Assembly: GCF_004010195.1 (NCBI RefSeq)
Contig: NC_057749.1
Coordinates: 10,527,409 to 10,585,148 of the forward strand
Length of the DNA: 57,740 bases
Direction of reading: 5' to 3'
DNA from: Chiloscyllium plagiosum
Taxonomy: Eukaryota
The first letter of the stretch is position 1, and each line of letters opens with the position of its first letter. The notes below the pieces were generated by a model. It saw nothing but the letters and a program-made list of their open reading frames with translations. It was not told the origin of the DNA and ran no database searches. The translations under genes and the position numbers were made by a program. Below, piece after piece: positions 1 through 13,845 of the stretch.

Positions 1-224
1 AAGTTTGTAACTACATTGAAAGCCTCAGAAAAAGCAAGGAATTGACAAAGTTGAAGAGAGACTAATCTTCCATTGCAGTTGCACAAGATATCATTGGATA
101 TTTTGATCAGATTCAAGCCAGTTTGGAGGATCCCAATGGAACAGTTTTGGGAAGATGGGATTGTAGTTTCAGAACACCAACATATTACAGAATTTTAGAG
201 AAAAGACAAAAAGTGAGTTGGAGT

Positions 225-336
225 CAAAAACAGAAATTGCTGGAAATGCTCAACAGGTCTGGCAGCATCTGTGAAGAGAAATCAGAGTTATCATTTCAGG
301 TCCAGTGACCCTTCCTCAAGAGTTACTTTGGTTTTT
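225..336 (-). mobile_element. Short PLE terminal-repeat insertion with 14-bp TSD
   Basis: aagtgagttggagt (211-224) and aagtgagttagagt (337-350); decayed core TTGAGGA-A-GGGTC-ACTG-GACCT-GAAAT on -. Confidence 0.75.
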
Positions 337-526
337 AAGTGAGTTAGAGTAGTGTTTCAAGTTAATGGAAGTTGGAGGTATTTTGATAGAGGCTGTGAAA
401 TTAGGTTTTTCAAAGAGATAATGAAATGCTAGAGATTAGAAATGATGATCGTTATCACAGACACTTACATAACAAGTTTTCATACCTTCTTAAAAACCTC
501 TTTCTTGCATTGTGGCTGTTTTACAG

Positions 527-726
527 AAGTGGGGAAGAATGGAGAAGAGATCGATTAGTTTTGAATAAAGCAGTGATGTCACCCCAAATTATCCAAAAGT
601 TTGTGCCACTTCTCAATGAAGTGGTGTTGGATTTTGTGTCCACAGTTCACAAACAGATTGCGAACAGTGGGAGAGAAACTTGGACAGCCGATCTCTCAAA
701 TGATCTCTTCAAATTCGCACTTGAAT
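527..726 (+). CDS. CYP11A1: CYP11A1 (cholesterol side-chain cleavage P450scc) exon 3
   Basis: ttacag acceptor and gtaagg donor; 200 nt; SGEEWRRDRLVLNKAVMSP...DLSNDLFKFALE is CYP11A-like; phase fits the next exon. Confidence 0.95.
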
Positions 727-2715
727 GTAAGGATCCAACATTGCTTCTTTACTTTGGTTATGCCATTACCTTATTTTACTTGCATGTTGTAGCCTTCAAA
801 ACTATTTTAAAAAATAACTTTTTAATTATTTTGGTATGAATTGCTTTACTGCAGCTTTCAATGGGAAAAATATTTTAAGTGATAAATGAATACCTTGACT
901 GCAAATATTCTTTGTTGTGGCGATGAAACCCTTAATACTGCAGTGCGTTATCATACATGAACAATGTGGCAGAGTGATATCATACTGATCTTTTGCTTAG
1001 CTTCGCAGTCTATTTTCTTGGAAAAGATTGGTCAGGTTGGACCTGTATCATTGGAGTCTAGAAGAATGAGATGTGATTTTGTTGAATCATATTAGATCCA
1101 GAAAAGACTTGACTAGGTGAATGTTGATAGGATGTTTCCCTTGTGCGATAAACTAGAACTTGTGAATCTAGTTTAGTAATAAGTGGACCTCTTACTTAAT
1201 ATGGAGATGCAGAAAACTTGTTCTCTCAGTGAGATTTTAGTCCATACAATTCTTTCCTCAGAGAATATTGTAAGGGGGGGTCATTGAATATTTTTAAGGT
1301 TGAGATTCTTAACTGACAAGGAAGTCAATGGGGATTGGGGTGGGGGAGCAAGGGGTGGTAGCAGGAAAGTGAAGTTGAGGTAAACGTCAGATCAGCTGTG
1401 ATTTTACCAAACGGCAGAGCAAACTTGAGGAGCCACTCCTGTGCCTAATTTGTATGTTTATATATTCAAACCTCAGCAACAAAAACTTGTATTTATGTAT
1501 CGACTTTAATGTAATTAAATATCCCAAAGTGTGTTATAGAAGGACATTTGACATTAGGTACCACAGGGAAATATTAGGTGAGATGTGTAAAAGCTTGGTC
1601 AAAGGGCTAGATTTCAAGGAGCATCTTAGTGACAGAGAGCGATGGAGAAGTTTGGAGAGGAATTCCAATGTGTAAAGCCTATACACAGCCAACAATGGAA
1701 CAATTAAAATATGTGATTTACAAGAGCTTGGAATTGGAGGAGCATAGCATTCAGAACCGAAGGTAATTACAGATTTATAAAAAGGAGCAAGGCAATGGAA
1801 AGATTGAAGATAAATTAAACTTAATTAAATATTAAGTTTTGAGACTGCCAGCCAGCATGGAGCAATGAGCAGAGAAGTGATGACTGAAGCATTTGGTGAT
1901 GACTGAAGGGTGCAGTTTTACGGATGTGCTCAGACGCCACAGTGAGCCAAACTGGTCCATTTTATTCAAATCACTAAACAGGTATTGTTTTTCATTAGTT
2001 GTTGAATGTTCTACTATATAAAGAAGTAAGAATGTTGTACTAGTTTTTGGAAAACTGGAGCATCTTAAATATGCTTCAGTACAGTGTCTCTAAAGTAACC
2101 CCAGATTAGCAGTCAGCATTAGCCCCTTTTGCGTAGCTGAGCTCAATTATTTATTTAAATTATTAATATCTTAATTTTAACACTCATGTTTTGTTATTCA
2201 CATAAAAAGTGTTGGTGAAATTGGACAGGAGTGGGGATCAATTCCAATTGTATCGTATGCCCTTTCTCTTAAGCATAACAGCTAATATTCAACATTGTTG
2301 ACTTCAACAGAACTGAAAGTAGGAGATGTGGAATGAAGGTCAGCAAAATATAGTTCCATCTTCTGTGAACTCACAATATCCAGTTTCAGTTCCATGATGT
2401 CTTCTCAGTAAAGTTTAACCTTAGTTAGATTTCAGGCAAAGTAAAAGGGGAGATATATATTCAGGAAGCTAATTTTTAGATCTGTATTTGGCACAAGGTA
2501 CAGCCAATTTTAACTCATTTAAAACTGAGCTAACTACACAGTAATGATAGCAAAATGGGGTAGACCAGGCTTTATAGCCCCATTAATGCCTATTCTTTTG
2601 AAGGTGTCCTTCTCTACAGGAGTCTATCACTTACAAATTGCCTGCCCTTTCAGGAAATAAGCCCCTTTTGACACATGAATCAAGGTTCAGTGAAATTCAG
2701 AGAACCACGTTGGCT

Positions 2716-2804
2716 ATGTTAGGACAGGGCTGCATACACTGTGTACACATTATAACAATTCAAGGTGGCCCACCATGTTAGGACAGGGCTGCATACACTG
2801 TGTA
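2716..2804 (+). repeat. Perfect 30-bp direct repeat with 29-bp spacer
   Basis: atgttaggacagggctgcatacactgtgta at 2716-2745 and 2775-2804. Confidence 0.95.
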
Positions 2805-3299
2805 GTCAAAGAAGCTCCGGGAAAATACATTTTAACTTACTTTATGGGGTTCAGGAGGAATGAGACCACCTCTAAACATAGCTGAGAAACTGTTACCTTA
2901 AGGCAGTCCTAATCAGTTTCCACAATTGAGACCACACTCTCACTCTTTGAAGGACTTAGCTGCTGGCCATACAGTCAGCATCCATTATTGCCCAAGTCCA
3001 AATATAGTAAGCTGCACCACGATTGCTTATATGCCCCTCAGAGCACCACTTCTATTTAAGTGAATTCTGGGCTCAGATGTATGCGCGCATCTTAAGGGAA
3101 CATTGGTTGTCTGCTGCTTGAGATAGCTACATGATAGCGCAGTTTGGAGGGAACTTCAAAATCCACTCCCTATATGCTCTACTACTTCAGTAAGACCAGA
3201 CTATTAAGGATGTTTTATCTCCAAATGTTTTTAATGTCAGTCTGTTAATGTAAATTCATCAAGAAATAGTGGAAGAATTTCCAATCTTTGCTTTTACAG

Positions 3300-3503
3300 C
3301 TGTTTGCCATATATTGTATGGAGAACGTCTGGGCTTGCTGCAATGTCTCCATAACCCTGCATCACAAAAGTTCATCGATTCAGTTACGTTGATGTTCAAA
3401 TCCACAACTCCAATGCTTTATATTCCACCTGGGCTTCTGAAGTCAATTAAATCGAAGATCTGGCAAGATCACGTTGCTGCTTGGGATACCATTTTTTCAC
3501 ATG
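3300..3503 (+). CDS. CYP11A1: CYP11A1 exon 4
   Basis: ttacag/gtgaga; 204 nt; (S)VCHILYGERLGLL...KFIDSVTLMFKSTTPMLYIPP...WQDHVAAWDTIFSH. Confidence 0.96.
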
Positions 3504-3845
3504 GTGAGAAAATCAGGACAAATGTCTATTAATTGTGGAAAACGGTGGCGGCGCCAAGTGAACTCAATAGTTGAATTTCTACTTCCTGTTACGTTTTGCT
3601 TATTTACTCTGGCTATTTCTATTTGTAATTTTATTTTGTTCTGTTACATCCTTGTTGTTAACCACTTCTTCAACAAGGACAGCAGCACATTGTACACTAC
3701 AATTTGGTCATCTGTGCTTTCCTTCTCCCATATGTTTGACAGTTCAGTGCTTCTTTTCCTCTTTTCAGCATTTTAACCTTTAATTTTCTCTAAATCTTTC
3801 CATTGATCTCATTGGCTATTGAAGGAAAGTTACCTTCCATCAACT

Positions 3846-3960
3846 AGAGAAAGCGAGGACTACGGATGCTGGAGAGTCAGAGTCAAAAAACATCGACTGT
3901 CCTGTTCCTTATATGCTGCCTGACCTGCTGTGCCTTTTCCAGCGCCATGCTTTCTGATTC
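3846..3960. mobile_element. Short inverted PLE terminal-repeat insertion
   Basis: Tail on - joined to truncated repeat on +; same family as 39043-39261; degenerate 14-bp flanking duplication (10/14). Confidence 0.65.
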
Positions 3961-4749
3961 ACGTTCCAATGACTGTTGATTGCAAGACAAATCTGAACTC
4001 TGAAGCCTGAAGTTTCATTCACACTTAGCTGGGTTGAATCTGCGTAATCGTTTTAAAGATAGGTGGTTGCTTTATGAGGAAGGGAATTCTGAGACTTGGC
4101 AACCAGGCAGCTGAACATACAGTTGCCAGAGGTGGGTAATGAAGATCAGAGGTAATCAATGGATGAAAGATGAAGGAAAGTAGAGATCTCAGAGAATTGT
4201 AGCGCTCTCGGAAGTTACAGAGAGAGGAACGTGTGAGGCTATTGGAAGTAATAGAAGACCAGGGTGATGGGTGAACAGGACTTGGTGCAAGATTTGAAAT
4301 GGCAGAAGGGTATTATTTGAATTTTAAATGGATCCAGAAGTCAAGTGAAGACAGGGAGCAGTGTAAAGTGAGCAGCACTTGGCGCAGAATCTTGAAATTA
4401 GAATCAGGCAATTCAAGATCGAAATCAAGTACTTAATCACGCAAAGCATGGTAGATATCTGGAACTATCTCCCTATAACAACTGGATGGCTTGTTCATTT
4501 AAGCTTTCAAAAGTGAGATCAGTAAATCCTTGGCAAATGAAGTTAACAGACTGTTTGCTTAAATATAATTGTAGATATTTTCTAATTAACCTTTTCAGAG
4601 TTGTTCTTATACACTTCTGAAGCTATGGGACTTAAACCCAGGCATCCTAGTCCAGAATTGGGACATTGGTTCCAATGCAAAACAAATGCCCAAGAATTTA
4701 AAACTGGCATGGAAACCAGCAATGTAAGCAAAAGCCCACCGGCTGTCTT

Positions 4750-7700
4750 GTGATAGTTATGTCATCTTCCTCTGTTGTAAGTGCTTTTAGGTTCTCTTAT
4801 AGCTTGGTGATTTTTTAAGCCATTAAACACACATGGCTTGTTACAAGGTGTCAGAGTGATGCAGTTGAAAAAAAATGTGTGATTTTCAAGCCTCTATTTG
4901 AACCAGCTACTGTGAAAAAAAATGAGTCAAGTTCTTAGAGCTCTAAGAAAGCTAGCTACGAAAGAAATAGCAAAGAAAAAGCGCAAGAAAAACAAGTCTC
5001 CCATTTTGAATTACTTGGCGAATCAAAATGTTTCTGCATTTTCTACTCCCAGCTGTTGTGGAATTAAAAGGAAATATGAAACGGCAATAGATTTTTTTTT
5101 CCCCTCAGTGAGAAAAATTATGAAATAGCAACAGAATGAATTATAATGGAAGTTTATAAAAGTTGCAACCCTGCTGTCAGTGCTGGGAACAGAGTGCTAC
5201 AAGCTTCATTGCAGCCTAGATCTCACAGACAAGCAGAAAGGAGAAACGTTTCAGGTTGTGAAGACACTTTGACCCCCTATTAATGTTAATCATTCTACTA
5301 CTAATATACTAGTTCAATGCCAGAGCTGAAGAGATTTTGATCAATATTTAACCACACTAAGATAACTGAATCCTGAGAGTTTGGACAACTGAAAGCTAAT
5401 CTCAAAGATAGGCATAAGGGACCTTGGGCAGCACATTTATTAAGAGAGGAGAAACTTACTGTCAAGAAAACTGTTGATATCTGCAGAAGTTCTAAACTTA
5501 TCAGCTTGAGCGCATTAATGGAAGAACAGACAAGGTTTTGCATTACGCTGAGAGACTTTCCACGTCAAATGAGATCAACAGATTGGTAAAAAGGAAGAAC
5601 TTTTTGCAGAAACGAAAGCAGAAAAATCAAGACCAGAGAATGGAATGGAAATATTGCACAGAACATCACACAAAATAAAAGCAAGCATGTCCAGTACGGG
5701 GAATGCTGTAACTACAAGAAACTGAATCACTTTGGACACAAATGATTAGCAAGGAAAAAGCAAAACAAACCTACAGAGCTGGCTGCTGTGTAATTCAGCT
5801 AATAATTTTGTCAAACCATTTTCCACCACACAATATATTGTCATTTTTAGGTTTATCATTAATGGTTTGTGACAGCAGAAGGAGAGTATCAAATGAACGT
5901 AGACTGTTAGATGGACACCAGTGCTGTGTGCAACAGCCTGAGTTCTGCAGAAAATGGCTCAAGATAATGACTTAAAAATGAAGCAATTGGAAGTAAGGTG
6001 CAGGATTTATAATGTAAGGAATATAAGTAGGCCATTTGGCCCATCTCATTAGCTCTGCCATTCAGTTAGATCATAGCTGATCTGATTATCCTCAACTCCA
6101 CTTTCCTGCCTTTTGCCCTGCACCATTGATTCCTTTCCTGAATGAAAATCTGACTATTTCAGACTTGAATATTTTTTAAGGTCCCAGTTAATAGCTCTCT
6201 GTGGTAAGGAATTCCACAGATTCACACCCCTCTGAGAGAGAAAATTCATCCTCATCTCTGTCTAAGATGGATGACACCTTACTCTAAGATTATGCCATCT
6301 GCTCATAGAGTCTCCAAAAAGGGAAGCTTTTTCTCCACTTCTGTCAAGCCCACTAAGAATTTTAGGTGCTTCAATAAAATCACTTGTAATTCTTCTAAAC
6401 CTCATTGAAAACAGGTCCAAACTACTCAACCACCCCTCATCAAAAAATCCAACCATGTCCAGGATCAACCTCATACCAAGTGGGCAAATTAAACTGAAAA
6501 GCTCAGTGCAATGGGAAGAATGAAAATCTCGAGTTCCAATTGGCAGATGATAAACACAATCCATTCATTTCAACAGAAGCAAGTCAAAAGCTCGGAGAAG
6601 TAACCTAACTGTGCCAGAAGAGGTTTGCATAAACCACTTGTCTATTGACTGTCAAACAGAAGCTAGAAGAGTTTAAAGATGTGCTTACAAGTCTTGGATG
6701 TCTTCCAGATGAATATTGTGTCAAAGTGATTGAGAGTGTGAGACCAATGTAGCATCTGCAAGGAGAGTTCCAACTGCCTTCAAGTCCAACCTGAAAGCCA
6801 AGGTAGAAAAGAAGGGAGTAGTCAAAAATATGACAACTCATATAGATTGGTTTTGAAGCATTGTATTGGTGACAACCTGGGAAACTAAGAGTATGCATAG
6901 ATCCAAAGGATTTTAATAAAGTTTTGAAGAGATGTCATTACTCAATTCCAACCATTGAAGGAATCTTGCAGCAACTTGCCAAGGCAAAGGTCTTCACTCC
7001 CCTTGATACAAAGGATGGTCACAGGTCAGTGAAGCTTGATATAAAGAGCAGAATTCAAATTACTTTCTGCATACTGTTCAGGAGAAATAGATGGTCGCAT
7101 ATTGCCACTTGGCATTTCCGTGCTCCAGAAGATAATCAGTGTAGACAGCATAAGATAGCAAAGTCTGCAGCGGTTCAAGAAAGTTGCTCACCACCACATT
7201 CTCAAAGGCAACTAGGGGTGGGCAATAAAGGCTGGCCCAGCCAGCAATGCCCTTGTTCCACAGGTGAATAAAAACAAGTCATTGATATTTCCGAGTAGAA
7301 GTTATTGTGGATGATCTGCTTGTCTATGTGGAGTTGCAATGGATGAAGCCAACACAAATCACAATCATAATCTAGTTTAGCAGCTAGTGAGAGCTCACCA
7401 GGTGAATCTGAAACTGAACAATAAAAGGATGCAACTGTGGATGCCTAAAGTCAAGTTCTTTTACTGACAGCAAAAGAACTTTGCTCAGATCCTGCAAGGT
7501 GCTAGCTGTACCAGAGAGGCAGTTACTAACAGATGTAAAAGCTAAGTGCCTGCTTAATATGCTGTCAGAGGGGGAACCACAACACAAGTTCACTACTAAG
7601 GATGTACAATGGTGGGGCCCAGAACAAGAAGCAGCTTTCATGATAACTAAACATAACTGATGACAGTGGAAGTGCTGAGCCAATGTGATGTCAATAATGA

Positions 7701-9730
7701 AGTCACTTTGTAGTGTGACACCGGTGAATCAAGGCTCTGAGCAACACTTGTGCAGTACGCCAACTAGGTACATTGGTGTACAAGGCATTAAAACAAAGTT
7801 AGCAACACTATGCTCAGATTGAGAAAGAATGCCTTGCTATTGACTTTGCTTGTGAGCATTTTAATCAGTACCTGGTTTAAGAAAATAAATGTGGTAATGA
7901 AGGCTGTCTATAAACCGCTTCCAAGCATCTCCCTCAAATCATTCTGTCTGCTTCAATGATCCTGCATAGAATGTTACTTTGTTTGCAAAGATCTCATCTG
8001 GATGTGAAATACAAGCAAAAGAAACATATGTTCATTGCAGTCATGCTGTCAAGAGCTTCATGGCCAATGAAAAGTTGAGGATGCTCAACCAGATTGTAAA
8101 AAGGAAACTACACAACAAGGTGCAATTCTCCAAGAGCTACAAAGAAGAAGTGATGAAAGGATGCCCTGAAAACTTTAAGATAACACTTGTTGCCAGAGGA
8201 AAATATTGGGCAGAGATAGCTGATAGCCCAAGATGGCATCTTGTATGCATAAAATTGAGTCATTATCCCTAAGGAGATGCGAAAAGAGTTGTTGAGGGGC
8301 ATTCATGCAAGACACCAAGGAATTGAGTCTAATCTGAGGAAGGCTGTAGCGAACAAACATAAGCAATGAACTGAAGGACCACCTCAGACTGTCAGTGCTT
8401 GTCACAAATGCCAAGCTAAACAAGCTAAGAAGCCACAACGGACACACAACAGACCATGGATTAAGCTTGGAGTCTATCTCTTCATTCTTGCAGGAAACAT
8501 CTTGTCACTGTAGACCACTAGTCTGATTAATGGGAGTTAGACAGCTGAATTCAAGGACTAAGTACTGGCAGGTGTGACTAGATTGAGTTGGGATATCTGG
8601 TACAGCATGGATGAGTTGGACTGAAGGGTCTTTTTTCCATGCTGTACCTCTCAATGACTCTGACTACTGCTGAGACTGTAGAATGCCGTAAGGCACAAAT
8701 ACAGCATTCCTGACATGGTGATGAGTAGCAATATCACAGATGAAGAATCCAGCTGTTTTATAAAGGAATTGAAATTCAGCATCATGCATTATCTCCATAC
8801 TAGCCCCAAGTCAAACAGAAAGGCTGAGGCAACAGTGAAAATCAACCAAAGGATCATAAAAAAATTGAGTAAATTCAGCACAGAATTGTATCAAGGAATG
8901 GTTGAGTGGAGAAGTACACCCACTGAAGACATGGCAAGTCCAAAAACTCAAGTTATATGGATGTTGTACCAAAACTGCTCTTCCAATGGCAAAAAGAACA
9001 CTGAAGCCAGAAATATGCTGTGAGTGAAAAGAAAGAAGTGAAACAAAAGAAAACCACATTTCACTTTGATAGAAGTGCCAAGTCATTGCCATAGCTGAGC
9101 ATTGGAGAGCCAGTTAGAGTGCAAACGTTCCATACTCTTATCAAAAGTCTGCCAACATGTGCAGCTGTTGTCACCTTGATCATACCTGGTAAATGTGGGT
9201 GACTGATATTTCATTGTGACTACACATGTCAATGTATAACTAAAGAAGCTGTGCCTTCACAGTACACACAGCACATGAGGAAGAAGGAAGCTCACCTCTC
9301 ACACAGGGTACACAACAACCATCAGTCCAGACGTTCATTGTTCCTCAGCGATGGACATGAATCAGCAACAGTAGGTGGCACAGCAGTAGCCCTCATCAAA
9401 CAACATTCCCTGGAGAAGGCACATCATCCAAAGATTGAGGAAATACCAGTGAAACAACCCATGTGTACCATTAGGAGACTTGCACAATGTAAGGACTATG
9501 TATGTAATGCATGTATAAAGACTGATAAAAGTAGAATCATCTAGAGTTAATATACTGTTATGTTAATGATAATTTTCTTTGTGGCCACCTTATTCTAGGT
9601 AACGTAACTCTGACTGATACTGCTTGCATCTTTTTTTGTTTATTTATGAAAATGGGAATATTGTAAAAATCCATTGTACCTTAAGTGTACTTGATGCCTT
9701 GCCATGGTCACGTGACCTCTATCTCAGCAT
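4750..9730 (+). mobile_element. Decayed Gypsy/Ty3 LTR retrotransposon in CYP11A1 intron 4, with nested CR1 pieces
   Basis: RT (GKLRVCIDPKD...HYSIPTIEGILQQLAKAKVF..LD; VIVDDLL near 7300), RNase H (YAQIEKECLAI near 7810) and integrase (SPKSNRKAEATVK near 8805) in Gypsy order; degenerate PBS aggtgtcagagtg at 4846; purine tract then TGT near 9662; many stops; LTR limits approximate. Confidence 0.88.
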
Positions 9731-11049
9731 CCCATAGGGCCATTGAACAGAGAAGCTTGAAACAGATGGTCATCATTTGTATGAAGATTGGAAAAAGTTT
9801 GAAGGGCAAAATGGTCTACTTTATAAATTGACAAGACAAAATGATTATAATTTCTTAACAAATCACATGCTTCAGAGTGGTCAAGAAGAGTAGTACAAAA
9901 TATTATACTCACAGAAGATGGTGTTTCTTTTAAGATTTTGGTTGGAGGATGGGGTGAAAAACATAATTGGAGTGATTCAAATGGAGAATTCCAAGAAAAT
10001 CGACCATTGGATTTGATGGTATATTCAAAAACCGAAAATAATAGAGAGGATGAAGATATGATGTACTTCCCAAGAACAGAAGAGGGAGGTGTGATGGTTT
10101 TAAAGGAAAGAGGGACAAGTACCTGAAGATCTGGGACCATTTATACTAGCTTGAGGGCACCAAAAAAAATTAGATGGTCAGCAATTTGATGCAACGAGGG
10201 TCAGTGGAGCAAGAAAGTGTGTCATGCACAAGAATCAAGTTGGCAGCGAAACAAAACCAAAATACGGATTCAGGACAAGACAGGTGTGTGGTTTGGTTTG
10301 ATCACAAAGAGAAACTCGCGATGGGGTGGGTGAATGTGCCACAGTTACAATTGCATAAATCATTTCATAGTGACAAATGAGTTCATGAGGTCCTCATGCT
10401 TGGAGATGAAGTTCAAAAAAGTAGTAGAGAGACGTTTATGAAGATGGTCAGTGACAGAGGAAAGATGTATTGGATTTTCTTTGCTCTCAATCTTGATCTT
10501 GAAGTGGTGCATGATTTTAATAGAGAAGAGGAAGGCCTATAAGCTCTTGATGTGGTTAAGGTTCTGGCCATGGACAGCTAAAACATTGTGCACCAGATGT
10601 ACTCAAATCTGCCACCCTCAGGTTTGAGGAAGTGAAAATGAGTCTATAGCAGGAAAACTTCACATGTCACATACAAAACCCAAGCCAAAAATTAGGGTTC
10701 TTTATGGAAACCAGCTCCAAGGTGTCTAGCCATGTTTCTATATACTGTGAGTCGTCCAGGCTTTGGGTGATTTCTCTTTGTTTTCTCACATGCTTTCTCT
10801 CTCGAGAAATGTCTGTCCATTGATAAGTTTAGCTTTGAAAAACCATTTATTGTGGGATACAAATAATATTTTCAATAGAGTTGAGTAGCTAAACAATTAC
10901 AGAAGAAATTATACAGAATGCTGCCCAAGGAAGGTGGCATAATTATGTAAAGTGTATTAAATATGATTAGAGATGGTTTGTTTGCCAGTCACTATTAGAA
11001 CTGGTGAAATACTTGTGCTTTGATAAACACTCTCTATCTTAATTTGTAG

Positions 11050-11210
11050 CTGATACCTGTATACAAAGAACATATAAGCAGTTCCACCTGGGATCCAAAA
11101 ATGACAAAGAATATTCCGGAGTTCTAGCAGATCTGCTGCTGCAAGACATGCTGCCCCTAGATGACATCAAAGCAAGCATTACAGAGCTTATGGCAGGTGG
11201 AGTTGACACA
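11050..11210 (+). CDS. CYP11A1: CYP11A1 exon 5 (I helix)
   Basis: ttgtag/gtaaga; 161 nt; (A)DTCIQRTY...YSGVLADLLLQDMLPLDDIKASITELMAGGVDT; not in the ORF track on +. Confidence 0.96.
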
Positions 11211-11671
11211 GTAAGAGAAAATTGTTTTCTTACCGGACAGTGAGTCATATTGCTGATGGGGTGAAATGAAAGAGCTTGGAGGAGGCGTGTGGAGAGCATA
11301 AATGCCAGTGAGGCGTGTGCGGCCAAATGGCCAATTTCTGTGCTGTACACTCTATAGGTTGAATGTTCTGACGGGCTTGGGGCTCTGACAAATGAACAAT
11401 ATGCAAACCCCAACTGTTGTGGTATTTGTGACCTCACCCACCAGTGTGATCTTCCTAAAGATTGCCAGTGAACAGGCCACCTCCAGCAACTGTGTCCAAT
11501 TCCTAAAAATCACAGAATCCATACTGTGGAGAAGCAGGCTATTCAGCCCATTGAGTTCACACTGACCGTCCAAAGAGCATTCCTTCCAGACCCACCTCCT
11601 TCCACCTTATCACCTTCATTTCCTGTAGCTAATCCATCTTGTCGGCACATTCTTGGACACTATGGGCAATT

Positions 11672-13845
11672 GATGTAGGATTGCTCGCTGAGCTGAAAGG
11701 TTTGTTTTCAGATGTTTCATCACCATATGTGGTAACATCATCAGTAAGCCTCCGTTCGAAGCGCTGGTGGAATGGCCCGCTTTCTATTTATGTGTTTAGG
11801 TTTCCTTGGGTTGGTGATGTCATTTCCTGTTCTTTTTTCTCATTGGGTGGTAAATGGGATCCAAATCAATGTGTTTGTTGATAGAGTTCTGGTTGGAATG
11901 CAATGCTTTGAGGAATTATTGTGCATGTCTCTGTTTGGCTTGTCCTCGGATGGATGTGATGTCCCAGTCAAAGTGGTGTCCTTCCTCATCTGTATGTAAG
12001 GATACGAGTGAGAGTGGGTCATGTCATTTTGTGGCTAGTTGATGTTCATGTATCCTGATGGCTAGTTTTCTGCCTGTTTGTCCAATGTAGTGTTTGTTAC
12101 AGTTCTTGCAAGGTATTTTGTAAATGACATTAGTTTTGTCTGTTGTCTGCCCTGTTCACATCCAACAACATCAACCTGGCCGAGGAAGCACTGACTACAT
12201 TATTAGAAGAACCAAAGACAAATAAAGCAAACACCACCAACCTCATCAGCAATGATAATATCGTCAAGCCAGTGTACCTATGCCTTACCACCCACTTCAC
12301 CTTCAATGACAAAACCTACAGACAAACCAACAGAACACTCATGGGATCTCCGCTATCAGGGTTCTTAGCAGATGCAGTAATGCGGACACTTGAACAAATA
12401 GCTCTGCCAACCATCCAACCCAAACGTTGGGTCCACTACGCGGATGACTCCTTCATCATCACTAAATGAAAAGAATTAGAGGAAACCTTCAAGACCACCA
12501 ATAATATCTTTCCTAGCATAAAATTCACTAAAGTGGAGGAAAACAACAACAAACTGCCATTCCTAGATGTCGCAGTCGAGTAAGCAGCCAATGGGGAACT
12601 TCAAACCAACGTCTTCAGAAAAACAACACATACTGACCAAATACTGAACTACAGAAGCAATCATCCCAACACCCAAACGAAGCTGCATTAGAACATTATT
12701 TCAACAAGCTACCACACACTGCAGCATAGAGAAACTGCGCAGAGCAAAGGAAAATCACCTATACAGTGTACTCAAAAAGAACAGGTACCCAACGAACACA
12801 ATCTGTCGATTTCTCAGCAACAAACCCCAACAAGCAGACAAAACACGTCCAGAAACTCTAGCCAATCTCTCCTACATCAAAGACATCTTGGAAATGACCG
12901 CCAGACTACTCAGACCACTTGGCATCACGGTAGCCCACAAATCCATCATCACACTAAAGCAGCAGCTAGTGAACTTGAAAGACCCTAATCAGACAACAGA
13001 CAAAACCACTGTCATTTACAAAAAACCTTGCAAGAACTGTAACAAACACTATATTGAACAAACAGGCAGAAAACTAGCCACCAAGGTACATAAACATCAA
13101 CTAGCCACAAAAAAGACATGACCCACTCTCACTACTATCCTTACATACAAATAAGGAAGAACACCACTTTGACTGCGACAACACATCCATCCTCGGACAA
13201 GCTGAACAGAGACACGCACAAGAATTCCTAGAAGCATGACATTCCAACCGGAACTCAATCAACAAACACAATGACTTGGATCCTATTTACCAGCCTCTGA
13301 GAAAAAGAACAGGAAATGACATCACCACAAGAAATGGTGTCCACAGGAAATGATTAGATTAGATTAGATTACATTACATTACAGTGTGGAAACAGGCCCT
13401 TCGGCCCAACAAGTCCACACCGACCCGCCGAAGCGAAACCCACCCATACCCCTACATTTACCCCTTACCTAACACTACGGGCAATTTAGCATGGCCAATT
13501 CACCTGACCCTGCACATCTTTTGGACTGTGGGAGGAAACCGGAGCACCCGGAGGAAACCCACGCAGACACGGGGAGAACGTGCAAACTCCACACAGTCAG
13601 TCGCCTGAGGCGGGAATTGAACCCGGGTCTCAGGCGCTGTGAGGCAGCAGTGCTAACCACTGTGCCACCGTGCCGCCCACTAATGATGTCACCAACCCAA
13701 GGATAACTAAATACATAAATCGAAAGTGGGCCATGCCACCAGCACTTCGAAAGGAGGCTCACTGATGATGTTACCACGTATGGTGAAAAAATGTCTGAGC
13801 AATCCTACATCCTGAGCTACAAATCTTCTCAAAACTCACTAACTA
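11672..13845 (+). mobile_element. 5'-truncated Penelope-like element with an inverted copy of its 3' end and a 13-bp TSD
   Basis: RT (LMGSPLSGFLA..., HYADD) and GIY-YIG-like (VIYKKPCKNCNKHYIEQTGR) on + from about 12150; inverted 3' portion at 11672-12149; actatgggcaatt at 11659-11671 and 13846-13858. Confidence 0.93.
13355..13681 (-). mobile_element. Young HE1-type tRNA-derived V-SINE inserted in the Penelope element
   Basis: A/B-box head (gtggcacagtggttagc...gggttcaattcc), V-domain, CR1-like tail with (taatc)n; aatgat flanks both sides. Confidence 0.9.

Noticed and set aside
2679..2770. SF-1/NR5A1-like TCAAGG sites in a CYP11A1 intron
   Set aside because: Imperfect short matches expected by chance; no conservation data
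2716..2804. CRISPR-like repeat-spacer-repeat geometry
   Set aside because: Only two repeats, not palindromic, no cas genes, located in a vertebrate intron
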